DNA of 64,000 bases from a virus. Each line of letters starts with the position of its first letter. Position 1 is the first letter of the stretch. The stretch lies in IMG/VR virus record IMGVR_UViG_3300020419_001178, positions 32,001 to 96,000 of that record; one strand, written 5' to 3'. A program made the translations under genes and the position numbers. Under the pieces are notes generated by a model. That model did no database searches. It had not been told where the DNA came from and saw only the letters and a list, made by a program, of their open reading frames with translations. Below, piece by piece: positions 50,095 through 60,608 of the stretch.

Positions 50095-52844
50095 TATTGT
50101 ACCTGCATCACTCCTCCGCCATGTGCTATCGGTGTTGGCGGTGTTACGGAAGCTAACGGAGTCAACTCCCCTTTCTTAATACTTAACCAATAGCTTTGTC
50201 CTGATTCAATTCTTACTTGAGTTTTAGTCTTACCTTTATCTCTTCCTTCTTTTATTGTTGAATTGACATATCCAATAGCATTTAAAAATTGATTACCTAA
50301 TGAAGTAAAATTAGTAGTCGTCCAAGTAATGAATCCGGCCTTTTCTCCTTTTGTCAAATACGCTACTGCTAACTTACAAGCAACAGCTGGATCATTTGCC
50401 AATTCAGGATTGTTGTAAATGTCCACCCCTATCATTCCACCGTATGCTTTATAGTTGTCTGTGCCTGTCAATTGTATCAAACCTCTTCCTCGATATGTCC
50501 AACCATCGCCCGTTTCCGGACCACCGTTACCCATTCTATTTCCATATACCACACTTGCTATTTGAACAGGTTTTCTAGATAACTGTTGTGCTAATGCTGT
50601 TCCTCCTGGCTTTTTAAACATTTTAAATGTGTCAATTAATCCTTGAGCATTATAGTTCATGTTTTCACTCTTAGGTATAAAACTGCTTTCAGCAAATATA
50701 TTAGCACAGGCCATTGCTATGGCTTCGCCGGCTCCTCCAGGAGTAGCTCCACTATTAAGTGCTTTGGCTGGATCAAGTCCTAATCCTTTAATAAGTTCAC
50801 TTATAAAAAATCTTGTACTCTCTTCATAGTTGACAGGATCGTTTGGTTGTGTACCCTTGGTTCCATCATTATTATTTTGGAATATTTTTCCAGTATCTAT
50901 ACTTTCAGGTTCAGCATCTCCTGCCCTGAATACTCCTGATGTACTGTTTCGTTCTGGCATATCAGATTCTTTTGTTAATGGAGAATTTTGTGTTCGTACT
51001 TCAGGTGCTGGTGAATTTATACTGTCTGTTTCTCCTGGTGTATGAGCAGAAGGATTAAAACTTTCATGTGAGTTCCACGGCTCATGTTGCGGAGTTCTTC
51101 TTGGTAGTAATGCTATAGCGGCGTCTGATGCTCTTGAAGCATCTGCTGTAACCCTTAAAGGGCTTCCAGAAGAGTCATTTATAATAACTCCGTCTTTATC
51201 TAAAACTTGATCATCATCGTCAACTACTTGATTTGTAGCAGGTTTAGTAAATGTATCACCTATAGAGTCTGATGTATCTGAAGGATCTGGAACTTGTGCC
51301 GGACTGTTCATGTGTATTTGTAAAGCCTGCTCTCGGTGTACATCAACTGATAAAATTTGCGTTTTACCTCCAGCGTCTAATTTATTATCAGTAGCACTTT
51401 TAATTTGTGTATTAGCGCCACTTGTAAATTTATTATCGCCTACAGTATTTAAATTAAACGCCCCATTGACCGTCTGTCTGTAATCGCCAACAACCTTTGA
51501 ATGGAAGTTTTGATTAATTGCTATATGTCCATCTAATGTAACCTGTAGATTATAGTCGCCCGTAATTGTAGTCCTATGTGTTCCTTCTATTTGGACATCT
51601 TCATCAATACCAATTGCTTTTGCTCTATTACCACCAATTTTTAAATCTTGATCAATAGCAACATATTTTGTATCATTTTGTAAAATTCTCACATCATTGT
51701 TCTGTGCTACCTTAACTTTTTTATCACGCAAAGCTGTAAGGTTAAAATCTCTTCCAGCAAGTATATTGATATCTCTGTCAGCAGTAATGTTTAAGTCTGT
51801 TTCTGTTCTTATGTTTATACTATCACTTGCGTAGATATCAATTTTTCCATTAGAGGTCATTTCTAACCAAGCACTACCTGTTGCGTTTCCTATATAGATT
51901 ATGTCTTCAGAATTATGTAAAAGTATCTGATGGCCTGTTCTAGTTCTCAAACGCACATGGTCATTAAACGGTATAGTCTGATCACCCTTTGACACATTCT
52001 CTGGAATTGCTTCTATGTCATAGTATTTTGCTCCTGTATTTCCTGCTTGACCTGCTCTAATTATTGAAGGATCTCCGTCGTCCATAACAAAACTAGAACC
52101 ACCTAGTCTACTTCTAAAAAATTCAATAGACTGACCTTTTTCTCCGTAACTTCCTTTAGGTGCTCCGTCCCTCTTATCTAATGGTCCTGGAGTATTCCAA
52201 CCGTATACAGTATTAGGAGTATCTCGTCTAGCACTAGAAGTAGTTTGACCTCTAATTGGATCTTTTAACAAACCTTGTGTAGAAAGAGCTCCTGCGAATA
52301 ACGGATTATGGGGTCTTTTAAAACGATCAGGATCATAACCTTTATGTGTTTGTTTTTTATTATATTCGCCTGTAGGAAGTCTTCTACCTTTTAAATCATT
52401 TGTTAGGCCGTCCTGGTAAATTAAATCCGCAGACGACGTTGGATTACTCCCCGGAACCATGCTATTCATATATTGGTCTTGAACACATCCTATCCAAAAA
52501 CATTGATTAGGTTTGTTTTCAACAAACATAACCAAAACCTTAGTACCCGGATCAGGTGGTACTGCCCAGAAGCCATAACTTTGTTGTGTGCCAGCATATT
52601 GTTCATTACGTGTATTTGACTGTGCGTCATTTACTCCGTAAAAAGGCATACAATAATGTGCTGTAAATTGTTGTCCTGCGGGAAACTGTTCTTGCCCACT
52701 TGGATTAGCAAATGATAAAAGTTCAACTCTCAGTGATCCCATTCGGTGTGAATCAAGATGATTCACAACTCTTGCTAGAAAGGGCCCACTTGTAAAATTC
52801 TTTTCGGGTTTTGCTCCCTCACTTCTTTTTATTTCCCCTGCCAT
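50094..52844 (-). CDS. gp5/VgrG-like baseplate spike with C-terminal GH19 lysozyme/chitinase domain
   Basis: OB-fold PPDPGTKVLVMF, RTRTGHQI, beta-helix repeats, GH19 motifs ENMNY and GDGWTYRGRGLIQLTG. Confidence 0.85.
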   Translation of the reverse strand: MAGEIKRSEGAKPEKNFTSGPFLARVVNHLDSHRMGSLRVELLSFANPSGQEQFPAGQQFTAHYCMPFYGVNDAQSNTRNEQYAGTQQSYGFWAVPPDPGTKVLVMFVENKPNQCFWIGCVQDQYMNSMVPGSNPTSSADLIYQDGLTNDLKGRRLPTGEYNKKQTHKGYDPDRFKRPHNPLFAGALSTQGLLKDPIRGQTTSSARRDTPNTVYGWNTPGPLDKRDGAPKGSYGEKGQSIEFFRSRLGGSSFVMDDGDPSIIRAGQAGNTGAKYYDIEAIPENVSKGDQTIPFNDHVRLRTRTGHQILLHNSEDIIYIGNATGSAWLEMTSNGKIDIYASDSINIRTETDLNITADRDINILAGRDFNLTALRDKKVKVAQNNDVRILQNDTKYVAIDQDLKIGGNRAKAIGIDEDVQIEGTHRTTITGDYNLQVTLDGHIAINQNFHSKVVGDYRQTVNGAFNLNTVGDNKFTSGANTQIKSATDNKLDAGGKTQILSVDVHREQALQIHMNSPAQVPDPSDTSDSIGDTFTKPATNQVVDDDDQVLDKDGVIINDSSGSPLRVTADASRASDAAIALLPRRTPQHEPWNSHESFNPSAHTPGETDSINSPAPEVRTQNSPLTKESDMPERNSTSGVFRAGDAEPESIDTGKIFQNNNDGTKGTQPNDPVNYEESTRFFISELIKGLGLDPAKALNSGATPGGAGEAIAMACANIFAESSFIPKSENMNYNAQGLIDTFKMFKKPGGTALAQQLSRKPVQIASVVYGNRMGNGGPETGDGWTYRGRGLIQLTGTDNYKAYGGMIGVDIYNNPELANDPAVACKLAVAYLTKGEKAGFITWTTTNFTSLGNQFLNAIGYVNSTIKEGRDKGKTKTQVRIESGQSYWLSIKKGELTPLASVTPPTPIAHGGGVMQVQ

Positions 52845-55636
52845 TACAATCCGCCTCGTATTCTACCAGCTTGATCAACATCATCTAATTTTTTCTTTAC
52901 TGCGTAATCTGCCTTACGCATTTCAAATTGGGCAAGATCAGCTTTTGTATTTTGTAGATACTTTTCATAAGCCTGCGTTTCTGTACCAGCATTCAATTTA
53001 CCATCTTCGTTAAAATCAGCTAATGCTCTTGCTAATTCATCAGCATTTCCTGACGCTATGGCAGTATCAATTCTGGCTTGTCTTGCGTCTCTTTGGTTGA
53101 ATATTTGCTCTTTTATTTTCTCAGCATTGTCGTATGATTCTTTAGCATATTGATTAAGTCTTCTTACAAGAGTCAATTCGTTGGTATATGTATTTCCTCT
53201 GAAACTGTTAGTGACAGTAATCACTTTGTATAAACCACTAAATTGAGCAACATCCTCTAATCCTTTTGCTGTTGGACTACCTTCACCTATGTCAACTGGT
53301 GTCTTAAAGTTAATTATTATATCAACCTCTCCGTTTTGGTGATTCATGGTTCCGTCAGCATTTATGTTTATAAAAGGTGTGGGTGCTGAAAAATAGTTTC
53401 CTAGTCCGCTGTCCGACATGAAATACAGATCTCCAAGGATAGTCAAATCCGCTGATATAAGATCAGCAGGACTGTTTATTAAAGAATCTTGGAAAGCTCT
53501 AGCTACTCTCACAGAAGGTGTCTCAGCTACAGCACCATTTGTCTGTTCATCTTGTTGGGTTTCATTTAATGAAGCAACGATATCTGCTGTTTTTAAAATA
53601 TTATTGTTTCTTGTTCCTGATGCCGCTTTCATATCTGTAGCTGGGTCTTGGTTGTCACGACCACTACTGGATAAATCATTGCTTGTGGAACTATTCATAA
53701 AATCTTTAGCAATAGCTGTAAAAAATGCTGTTCGGAAATTAATATCAAAGCTAAGAACATCCGTATTTTTTCCAGTATAGATATAATTGTAATGTTTTAC
53801 TGCTTGTTGTTTAAGAAATCCATAACCTACAGGAGGATCATTTGGCATCATGAATACTGAACAATGTACCTTAGCTGGCACTACGTTGTATACAAAAATT
53901 TTAGGAAACTTATTAAACTTTCCTTTATTTACAGGAGCATCAAGCACATAGGTTTGTACTTCAATTCTAAACCAATCAACGAATCCTGTATTTGAGTCAG
54001 TTACCAGTTGTCCTTTCTTTAAAAGTCCTTTTCCCCAATCACTAATTAAAACCAATTCTTCTATAATTCTTTGAATTTTTGTGCCTTGTTTAAATTGAAT
54101 ATTTTTACTGGTTGGATTAATTGTTGTTCCGTTCCTATGAACTACTTTAGCCTTTGGATCGTAAACAAAATTTGGATATCCAAAATTACTTGAGCCAGGA
54201 TCTAAACTTCCATCTGTAAACATTTGTGTAGAACCAATTTTATTAGTAAAATTACTAGCAGTGAATTCGTTTTTAATTTTTTCACTTAGATTGTTTCTTT
54301 TAATACTGTATCCTAGTTTATTATCAACAAAAGTTTTTACCTGACTTTCTATCGAACCTCCAAATTGAGGTCTTGGATCTATAAAGTCTACACCAACAGC
54401 AGATCCTAGCACTTCCTCTTGATCATATTCTCTTTTATCTTTTGTAAAATCACCAAATAATGCTGTGTTGTCTACATCAGCAAGTGTATCTTTCATTATA
54501 TTCTGTGCCATGTCTGTAGGAAATAAGATTATTATTTCATCCGGCTCATGTGGTTGTTTTCCTTTTGTAGCTGTTGTAAGTTTGCTACTATTCACTGCGG
54601 TAGCTAAACTATTCACTCCTGTTTGTAAAATTTCCTGTATTGTTCTACCACTTATAGATACGTTATCAGGTATGCTTTGATTTTGGTCTGTCAACGCATT
54701 TTCATTGAACGGGGTTGCTTTTACTGTATATCTAGATCCTCCGCCGTTAACGTCAAATTCAACACTGAAAATCTTGACACACATTTGTCGTTTAGGTTCT
54801 CTAGCAGGGAAAAGTTTATGTAAGTCTCCCTCGACGTCTTTGTATCCTACAACATCTAATTGAAGTAGATATGGGCATTCTAGATAATTAGAATATCCAG
54901 CTTTCATCGCACATAATTGTAAATGTTGTAAAAACTGTCCCATACTATAAGGTTCAGTGACTTCAAATTCTATAGCAAAAGCCGTGGTCACTCTAGTTTT
55001 TTTGTTAGGAGCAACTACAGATTTAATGGAAACATTATCTATATAATATTCTGTGTTAGGTATTTTTTGTTTCTTTTCTAGCTCAGTCATAGGTCTAGCA
55101 GGCATTGGGCCTGCCGCTGAAACTGATCCCGGAAAGCCACCCATCTTAATTACAGTCTGCTGAGCCTTTGGACCTTTCAATCTATAAGTCTTATGGGGGA
55201 AATTACACTCATCGTTACTTAAAGCGGCTAATGTCCAAAGATAATTCTTGCTGGCATACGCATCTAAGCTGTTTGGTTTTCTTGCTGATCCAAAATGGAA
55301 ATTCCTAAAAGTATCCATTGTGTCTTGACTAATAGCTGATCTTTCGGCGGCCATTTCTTCTTCTTCAGATATTTCACCTAAATCCGTGCTATATCCATTA
55401 GCTACAAATTTAGGAGCATTAGGATCAGCATCTCCTACTGTAGCAGATTCTGATTTTGCTCCTGAAGTATCTTTCTTAATATTATTATTGTCAGGTTTTA
55501 CTTTATTTTCTTTTTTTCTTTCAGCTACTTCAAGGTCTTCATCGGTTTGTTCGCCTACAAGTTTTTCACCTTCGGGTGTAAAAAACTTTTTTTTACCTAC
55601 TACTATATCAGCGTAGGTATAAGGTTGTTCAGCCAT
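52844..55636 (-). CDS. baseplate hub protein (gp27-like, putative)
   Basis: LTILGD and FSGLYKVITVTNSF C-terminal hub motifs; position upstream of the spike gene. Confidence 0.6.
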   Translation of the reverse strand: MAEQPYTYADIVVGKKKFFTPEGEKLVGEQTDEDLEVAERKKENKVKPDNNNIKKDTSGAKSESATVGDADPNAPKFVANGYSTDLGEISEEEEMAAERSAISQDTMDTFRNFHFGSARKPNSLDAYASKNYLWTLAALSNDECNFPHKTYRLKGPKAQQTVIKMGGFPGSVSAAGPMPARPMTELEKKQKIPNTEYYIDNVSIKSVVAPNKKTRVTTAFAIEFEVTEPYSMGQFLQHLQLCAMKAGYSNYLECPYLLQLDVVGYKDVEGDLHKLFPAREPKRQMCVKIFSVEFDVNGGGSRYTVKATPFNENALTDQNQSIPDNVSISGRTIQEILQTGVNSLATAVNSSKLTTATKGKQPHEPDEIIILFPTDMAQNIMKDTLADVDNTALFGDFTKDKREYDQEEVLGSAVGVDFIDPRPQFGGSIESQVKTFVDNKLGYSIKRNNLSEKIKNEFTASNFTNKIGSTQMFTDGSLDPGSSNFGYPNFVYDPKAKVVHRNGTTINPTSKNIQFKQGTKIQRIIEELVLISDWGKGLLKKGQLVTDSNTGFVDWFRIEVQTYVLDAPVNKGKFNKFPKIFVYNVVPAKVHCSVFMMPNDPPVGYGFLKQQAVKHYNYIYTGKNTDVLSFDINFRTAFFTAIAKDFMNSSTSNDLSSSGRDNQDPATDMKAASGTRNNNILKTADIVASLNETQQDEQTNGAVAETPSVRVARAFQDSLINSPADLISADLTILGDLYFMSDSGLGNYFSAPTPFININADGTMNHQNGEVDIIINFKTPVDIGEGSPTAKGLEDVAQFSGLYKVITVTNSFRGNTYTNELTLVRRLNQYAKESYDNAEKIKEQIFNQRDARQARIDTAIASGNADELARALADFNEDGKLNAGTETQAYEKYLQNTKADLAQFEMRKADYAVKKKLDDVDQAGRIRGGL

Positions 55637-55639
55637 GTA

Positions 55640-55924
55640 TTACTCCAATGCGTCACGAACCCTAGTAGGGTTTGGTAAAAAGATAGAAGTACCTGTAGTG
55701 ATATCATATACAAAATCTTCTATTACATCTAAATTTCTTTGACCAAATATCCACCATAGATCCTTATTACCATAATAATCATATGCTAGTAAATCGGGTC
55801 TATGATTGTACTGTGGTTCTATTGTATACAATTTGTCATCAGTGAAAGAAGGAATAGGTCGTATTGTCAAAAGATCTAACGTTCCGTTTCCTTTTAAATC
55901 TGTATTTTTATATGGACTACTCAT
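55640..55924 (-). CDS. LysM-like baseplate protein (gp53-like)
   Basis: RPDLLAYDYYGNKDLWW. Confidence 0.8.
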   Translation of the reverse strand: MSSPYKNTDLKGNGTLDLLTIRPIPSFTDDKLYTIEPQYNHRPDLLAYDYYGNKDLWWIFGQRNLDVIEDFVYDITTGTSIFLPNPTRVRDALE

Positions 55925-56859
55925 TAAATGTATCCTTTGCCTATATTATCTCCATTAACAAAGTCACTGTAACTAAATTTAGATACTTTAGCTCTGCTGT
56001 AGATCGGTTGTACTGTTACTGTAAATTGTGATTCCGCAGGTGCCCACGCAACTGACATTCTATCAGCTTGAGATTTTATAGAACCTCCAAAGTCTGAAAA
56101 ATCAATAGGATCAAAACCTGTGGCTATGTAATCAACTTCATTAGGCATGTCAACAGTAAAGTTAACAATTACACAAGGTACGTTGTTAAAAACATAATCA
56201 CCGTAACCATTTAAATTAATTACGGGAGGTGGATTACCTCTTCCGGTGTCGTCAACGCCATGTTGCATTTTTGTTACTGTTCTTAAATAATGTAAACATC
56301 CTATCCAATATTTTGCTTCAAGACCATTTTGATTATAAAACTGTCCTGTAATAACTAGTTGATCCACTTGTGAATTCTGATACGCAAAGAACGGATAATT
56401 ATTATGTATAGGAGCCACTTGGTTATAATTTGCTGAGTGACTTAATATAATAGTAGGAGTATAAGGAAACATCATTCCTCCTGTGTTAACCAAAGGCGAA
56501 ATAATCGGTGAATTTTCAAAATTTGTTGGCAAGCTCAATTTGACTCTCCAATCTCTATCTTCGACTGTAGACTGTCCCCAATATGCTTGTGACTTGGTAG
56601 TTCCTAGTTCAGAATCTCCACCTTTCAAACCTTTGGATCGCATGTTGCTTGCAAAGTTTTCAGCACCACCTGAAACACCATCATATATATCTTGTGCGGT
56701 ATTTTTCATTCCTTGGTACATTGGTGATTCTGTCAACCAACTTGGAGCATTGCCTCCCGCTGTGTTTTGTCCTTCACTAGCAAAAGCTGTTTTAGATTTA
56801 TCTACTGCTTGGCTTACGCCGTTTTTGCTAATTACGCCGTTTTTGAAATATGATGTCAT
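55924..56859 (-). CDS. tail tube initiator / baseplate protein (putative)
   Basis: FPYTP and GNPPPVINLNGYG..VFNNVPCVI motifs. Confidence 0.6.
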   Translation of the reverse strand: MTSYFKNGVISKNGVSQAVDKSKTAFASEGQNTAGGNAPSWLTESPMYQGMKNTAQDIYDGVSGGAENFASNMRSKGLKGGDSELGTTKSQAYWGQSTVEDRDWRVKLSLPTNFENSPIISPLVNTGGMMFPYTPTIILSHSANYNQVAPIHNNYPFFAYQNSQVDQLVITGQFYNQNGLEAKYWIGCLHYLRTVTKMQHGVDDTGRGNPPPVINLNGYGDYVFNNVPCVIVNFTVDMPNEVDYIATGFDPIDFSDFGGSIKSQADRMSVAWAPAESQFTVTVQPIYSRAKVSKFSYSDFVNGDNIGKGYI

Positions 56860-56885
56860 TTGGTAAACTCCTTACTATTATTTAG

Positions 56886-56914
56886 TTGACAAAATTAACA
56901 GAGTATATTATAAT
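56886..56914 (+). promoter_or_regulatory. perfect sigma70 promoter
   Basis: TTGACA (56886-56891), 17 bp, TATAAT (56909-56914). It abuts a divergent late motif TAAATA at 56879-56884 (-). Confidence 0.9.
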
Positions 56915-56937
56915 GTGGTATAAACCTTGGAGAAAAG

Positions 56938-57777
56938 ATGAAAAGAATCAATTATTTAAACAACAAAGACATACTATCAGAGATACACAAGTCTAAGTCG
57001 TCGTTTTGTAGCTTTACAGACAATGATTTTGCTGACTTTGATATAATCTTACCTAGTATAGCTAAAATAAATGTCCGAACAGTGGCAGAAGCAAAAAGGA
57101 ACAAGGCAAAAAAATTACAGCAAAGAGCATTCGAAAAGGCAAAAGAAAGTGGAAAGAGAGTTAAATTAGCAGAATTTGCTATTGATTACAGAAAAATTGA
57201 GAAAACAGACGTAATATTTAGAATTATGATGTATGATCATATTCCTGAGGAACCTGGCAGGAAAAAGAATCCAAAGACTATAGCAGACACAAAAACAAAA
57301 GTAAATTTTCCTCCATTCCAACACTTTAAATACAATGACCAAGGTGATCTAATTATTGTAGGGAAAAGTCATTGGGAAGGCGGTATGGAAAATGGTAATT
57401 TTACCAAAGAAGGCGGTAAGGTAACAAACAAACTGGCTTTAATGTGGATGAAACTTTGTGATAGATATGCTACTAGAGGTAATGTTAGAGGCTACACATA
57501 TAATGACGAAATGCGTGGACAAGCTATATTACAGTTATCACAAATTGGATTACAGTTTGACGAGTCAAAATCTAATAATCCGTTTGCTTATTATACTGCG
57601 GCAGTAACCAATTCATTTGTAAGAGTAATTAACATAGAAAAACGTAATCAAAACATACGTGATGATATTTTAGAAATGAATCACATGAACCCTAGTTACA
57701 CAAGACAAGCTAAAGGTGAATGGGAAAGACAACAGCGTGATCATGTGGCTAGCCAAAAAACCACAAAAAGTGATTGA
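56938..57777 (+). CDS. gp55: late-transcription sigma factor, T4 gp55-like
   Basis: NYLNNKD, RGYTYNDEM, FDESKSNNPFAYYT; upstream of gp47/gp46. Confidence 0.85.
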   Translation: MKRINYLNNKDILSEIHKSKSSFCSFTDNDFADFDIILPSIAKINVRTVAEAKRNKAKKLQQRAFEKAKESGKRVKLAEFAIDYRKIEKTDVIFRIMMYDHIPEEPGRKKNPKTIADTKTKVNFPPFQHFKYNDQGDLIIVGKSHWEGGMENGNFTKEGGKVTNKLALMWMKLCDRYATRGNVRGYTYNDEMRGQAILQLSQIGLQFDESKSNNPFAYYTAAVTNSFVRVINIEKRNQNIRDDILEMNHMNPSYTRQAKGEWERQQRDHVASQKTTKSD

Positions 57778-57802
57778 CAAACTGTAGATTTTCTATTATA
57801 AT
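57774..57802 (+). promoter_or_regulatory. perfect sigma70 promoter
   Basis: TTGACA (57774-57779), 17 bp, TATAAT (57797-57802). Confidence 0.9.
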
Positions 57803-57822
57803 ACTAGAGGAAGGATTGTAAT

Positions 57823-58833
57823 TTGTTTAAAAAAGCGGCTGTCTTTACTGATATCCACCTTGGATTAAAGTCTAACAGTAAAGTACACTTACAAGATTGC
57901 GAAGAGTTCGTAGATTGGTTTATTGAACAGGCAAAAGCCAACGGTTGTGAAACCGGAATCTTCTGCGGTGACTGGCATCATAATCGAAATACTATCAACG
58001 TACAAACATTAGACACAACAACAAGATGTTTAGAAAAATTAGGTGCGGCATTTGAAAAGTTTTATTTCTTTGCTGGTAACCACGACTTATACTACAAAGA
58101 TAAACGTGATGTGTATAGTGTTGAATTTGGTAAGCATATCCCTGGTATCACTTATGTTGACGATATACTAGTTGAAGATGATGTAGCACTAATTCCTTGG
58201 TTGGTTGGAGAGGAATGGAAAAAGATTTCTAGTATAAAGACAAAGTATATGTTTGGTCATTTTGAACTTCCAAACTTTTACATGAATGCTATGGTACAGA
58301 TGCCTGACACTGGTGAACTTAAAGCTGAACATTTTAAACATCAAGAATATGTTTTTTCAGGACACTTTCATAAAAGACAGATTCAAGGAAGAATACATTA
58401 CTTAGGAAATGCTTTTCCACACAACTACGCAGACGCATGGGACGACAAGCGTGGTATGATGATACTTGACAAAGAAAATAACAAAGAACCACATTACATT
58501 GACTGGGACGATTGTCCAAAATATAGAACAGTTAAACTTTCACAACTGTTGGACGAAAAAGACAAATTATTAAAAAGTAAAATGTACTTAAGAGTAACAC
58601 TTGACTTACCTATTTCATACGAAGAAGCAAGTTTTATTAAAGAAACATTTGTAAACGATTATGACTGTAGAGAAATAACACTTATTCCAAGTCAAAAAGA
58701 TGAAGAAATTCATACAGATATAGATATCAGTACCTTTGAAAGTGTAGATCAAATTGTTACTAAAGAGATTACTGCTATTGATACTGAACAGTACGATAAA
58801 AATACATTGTTAAGGATATATGACGAACTATGA
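57823..58833 (+). CDS. gp47: recombination endonuclease subunit (Mre11/SbcD-like)
   Basis: DIHLG, GDWHH, GNHD, GHFE, SGHFH metallophosphoesterase motifs. Confidence 0.92.
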   Translation: MFKKAAVFTDIHLGLKSNSKVHLQDCEEFVDWFIEQAKANGCETGIFCGDWHHNRNTINVQTLDTTTRCLEKLGAAFEKFYFFAGNHDLYYKDKRDVYSVEFGKHIPGITYVDDILVEDDVALIPWLVGEEWKKISSIKTKYMFGHFELPNFYMNAMVQMPDTGELKAEHFKHQEYVFSGHFHKRQIQGRIHYLGNAFPHNYADAWDDKRGMMILDKENNKEPHYIDWDDCPKYRTVKLSQLLDEKDKLLKSKMYLRVTLDLPISYEEASFIKETFVNDYDCREITLIPSQKDEEIHTDIDISTFESVDQIVTKEITAIDTEQYDKNTLLRIYDEL

Positions 58834-60608
58834 TTAAGATAAAAAGCCTTACAGTAAAAAACTTTATGAGTGTGGGTAATCAAACCCAAGCAGTTGACTT
58901 TGATAAACAACAATTAACACTAGTTCTAGGAGAGAATCTTGATCAGGGTGGTGATGACATGGGATCAAGGAACGGCACTGGTAAGACAACTATTATAAAT
59001 GCCTTAAGCTATGCTCTATACGGACTAGCACTCACTAATATAAGAAGAAACAATCTAATCAATAAGACTAATAATAAAGGAATGTTGGTTACATTAACTT
59101 TTGAGAAAGATGGCACTAGCTATAAAGTAGAAAGAGGACGTGGTCCTAACTTATTGAAGTTTTTTATCAATGACCAAGAACAAGAATTAGTAGATGAAAG
59201 CCAAGGTGACAGTAGAAAAACACAAGAAACAATAAATGAATTGTTAGGCATGAGTCATAATATGTTTAAGCACATACTTGCTTTAAACACATATACAGAG
59301 CCTTTTTTAAGTATGAAGGTAAATGATCAAAAAGATATAATTGAACAACTTCTTGGTATTACTATTCTATCTGAAAAAGCAGAAACACTGAAAGAGAAAA
59401 TAAAACAAACAAGAGATTCGATTACTGAAGAAAACGCAAATATAAATGCTAGACAACAAAGCAATGACAGAATAAAAGAAACCATCGACAGTCTTAAAAT
59501 AAAACAAAGTGCCTGGGAGAGTAATAAAAAGACAAATCTTAAAAAACTTGAAAAAGGTATATCTGAATTAGAACATCTTGATGTAGATAGCGAACTTGAT
59601 AAACATGAAAAATTACAATCGTGGGAAGAATTAAATACAAAAATTACTACATTGAGAAAAGAAACAGCAACTCTTGATTCGACACTCTTAAGGGCAAATA
59701 AGTCTGTAGACAAAGTTAAAAAGGATATAGAAGAACTTGACAATGCTGTTTGTTATGCGTGTGGTCAGGAGCTACAGGAAGATAAAGTCAAAGAGATTGA
59801 AAACAAAAAAGCCAAAGAGCTTGAAGATGCTGAGACATATCAAAAAGAAATAAATGATAAACTAATTGAAGTTAATACAGAGTTGACAAATATCGGAGAT
59901 ATAAACGGTAGGCCGGATACGTTTTATGAAACGATAAAAGAAGTATATGATCACAAACAAAATGTAGCACAATTAAAACAGGCATTAGAAAATAGTAATA
60001 ACGAAACTGATCCTTATCAGGAACAAATAGAAGATCTAACTAAAACTGGAATCCAAGAAGTTGATTGGACTACAATCAACGCACTCAATGATCTAAAAGA
60101 ACATCAAGAGTTCTTACTAAAACTGTTAACAAACAAAGATAGTTTTATACGTAAAAAGATCATAGATCAAAACTTGGCATACTTGAACAACAGGCTCACT
60201 CATTATCTTGATAAGCTAGGACTTCCACATCAGGTTGTATTTCAAAATGACTTGAATGTTGAAATTACACAGCTTGGACAAGATCTTGATTTCGACAATC
60301 TTTCCAGAGGCGAGCGTAATAGATTAATACTTGGTATGAGTTTTGCTTTCAGAGATGTCTGGGAGAGCTTGTATCAAAATATTAACCTACTGTTCATCGA
60401 CGAGCTTGTTGATTCAGGTATGGATACTAGTGGTGTAGAGAATAGTTTAGCAATACTTAAAAAGATGGGTAGAGAACGTCATAAAAACGTTTATCTAATA
60501 TCGCACAAAGACGAACTTGTTGGTAGAGTTACACACGTATTAAAAGTAATTAAGGAAAACGGCTTTACATCATATGAAAATGACGTGGAAATATTTAATG
60601 AAAGATGA
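58830..60608 (+). CDS. gp46: recombination ATPase subunit (Rad50/SbcC-like)
   Basis: NGTGKTT Walker A, CYACGQ zinc hook, LSRGE signature, FIDE Walker B, ISH. Confidence 0.93.
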   Translation: MIKIKSLTVKNFMSVGNQTQAVDFDKQQLTLVLGENLDQGGDDMGSRNGTGKTTIINALSYALYGLALTNIRRNNLINKTNNKGMLVTLTFEKDGTSYKVERGRGPNLLKFFINDQEQELVDESQGDSRKTQETINELLGMSHNMFKHILALNTYTEPFLSMKVNDQKDIIEQLLGITILSEKAETLKEKIKQTRDSITEENANINARQQSNDRIKETIDSLKIKQSAWESNKKTNLKKLEKGISELEHLDVDSELDKHEKLQSWEELNTKITTLRKETATLDSTLLRANKSVDKVKKDIEELDNAVCYACGQELQEDKVKEIENKKAKELEDAETYQKEINDKLIEVNTELTNIGDINGRPDTFYETIKEVYDHKQNVAQLKQALENSNNETDPYQEQIEDLTKTGIQEVDWTTINALNDLKEHQEFLLKLLTNKDSFIRKKIIDQNLAYLNNRLTHYLDKLGLPHQVVFQNDLNVEITQLGQDLDFDNLSRGERNRLILGMSFAFRDVWESLYQNINLLFIDELVDSGMDTSGVENSLAILKKMGRERHKNVYLISHKDELVGRVTHVLKVIKENGFTSYENDVEIFNER

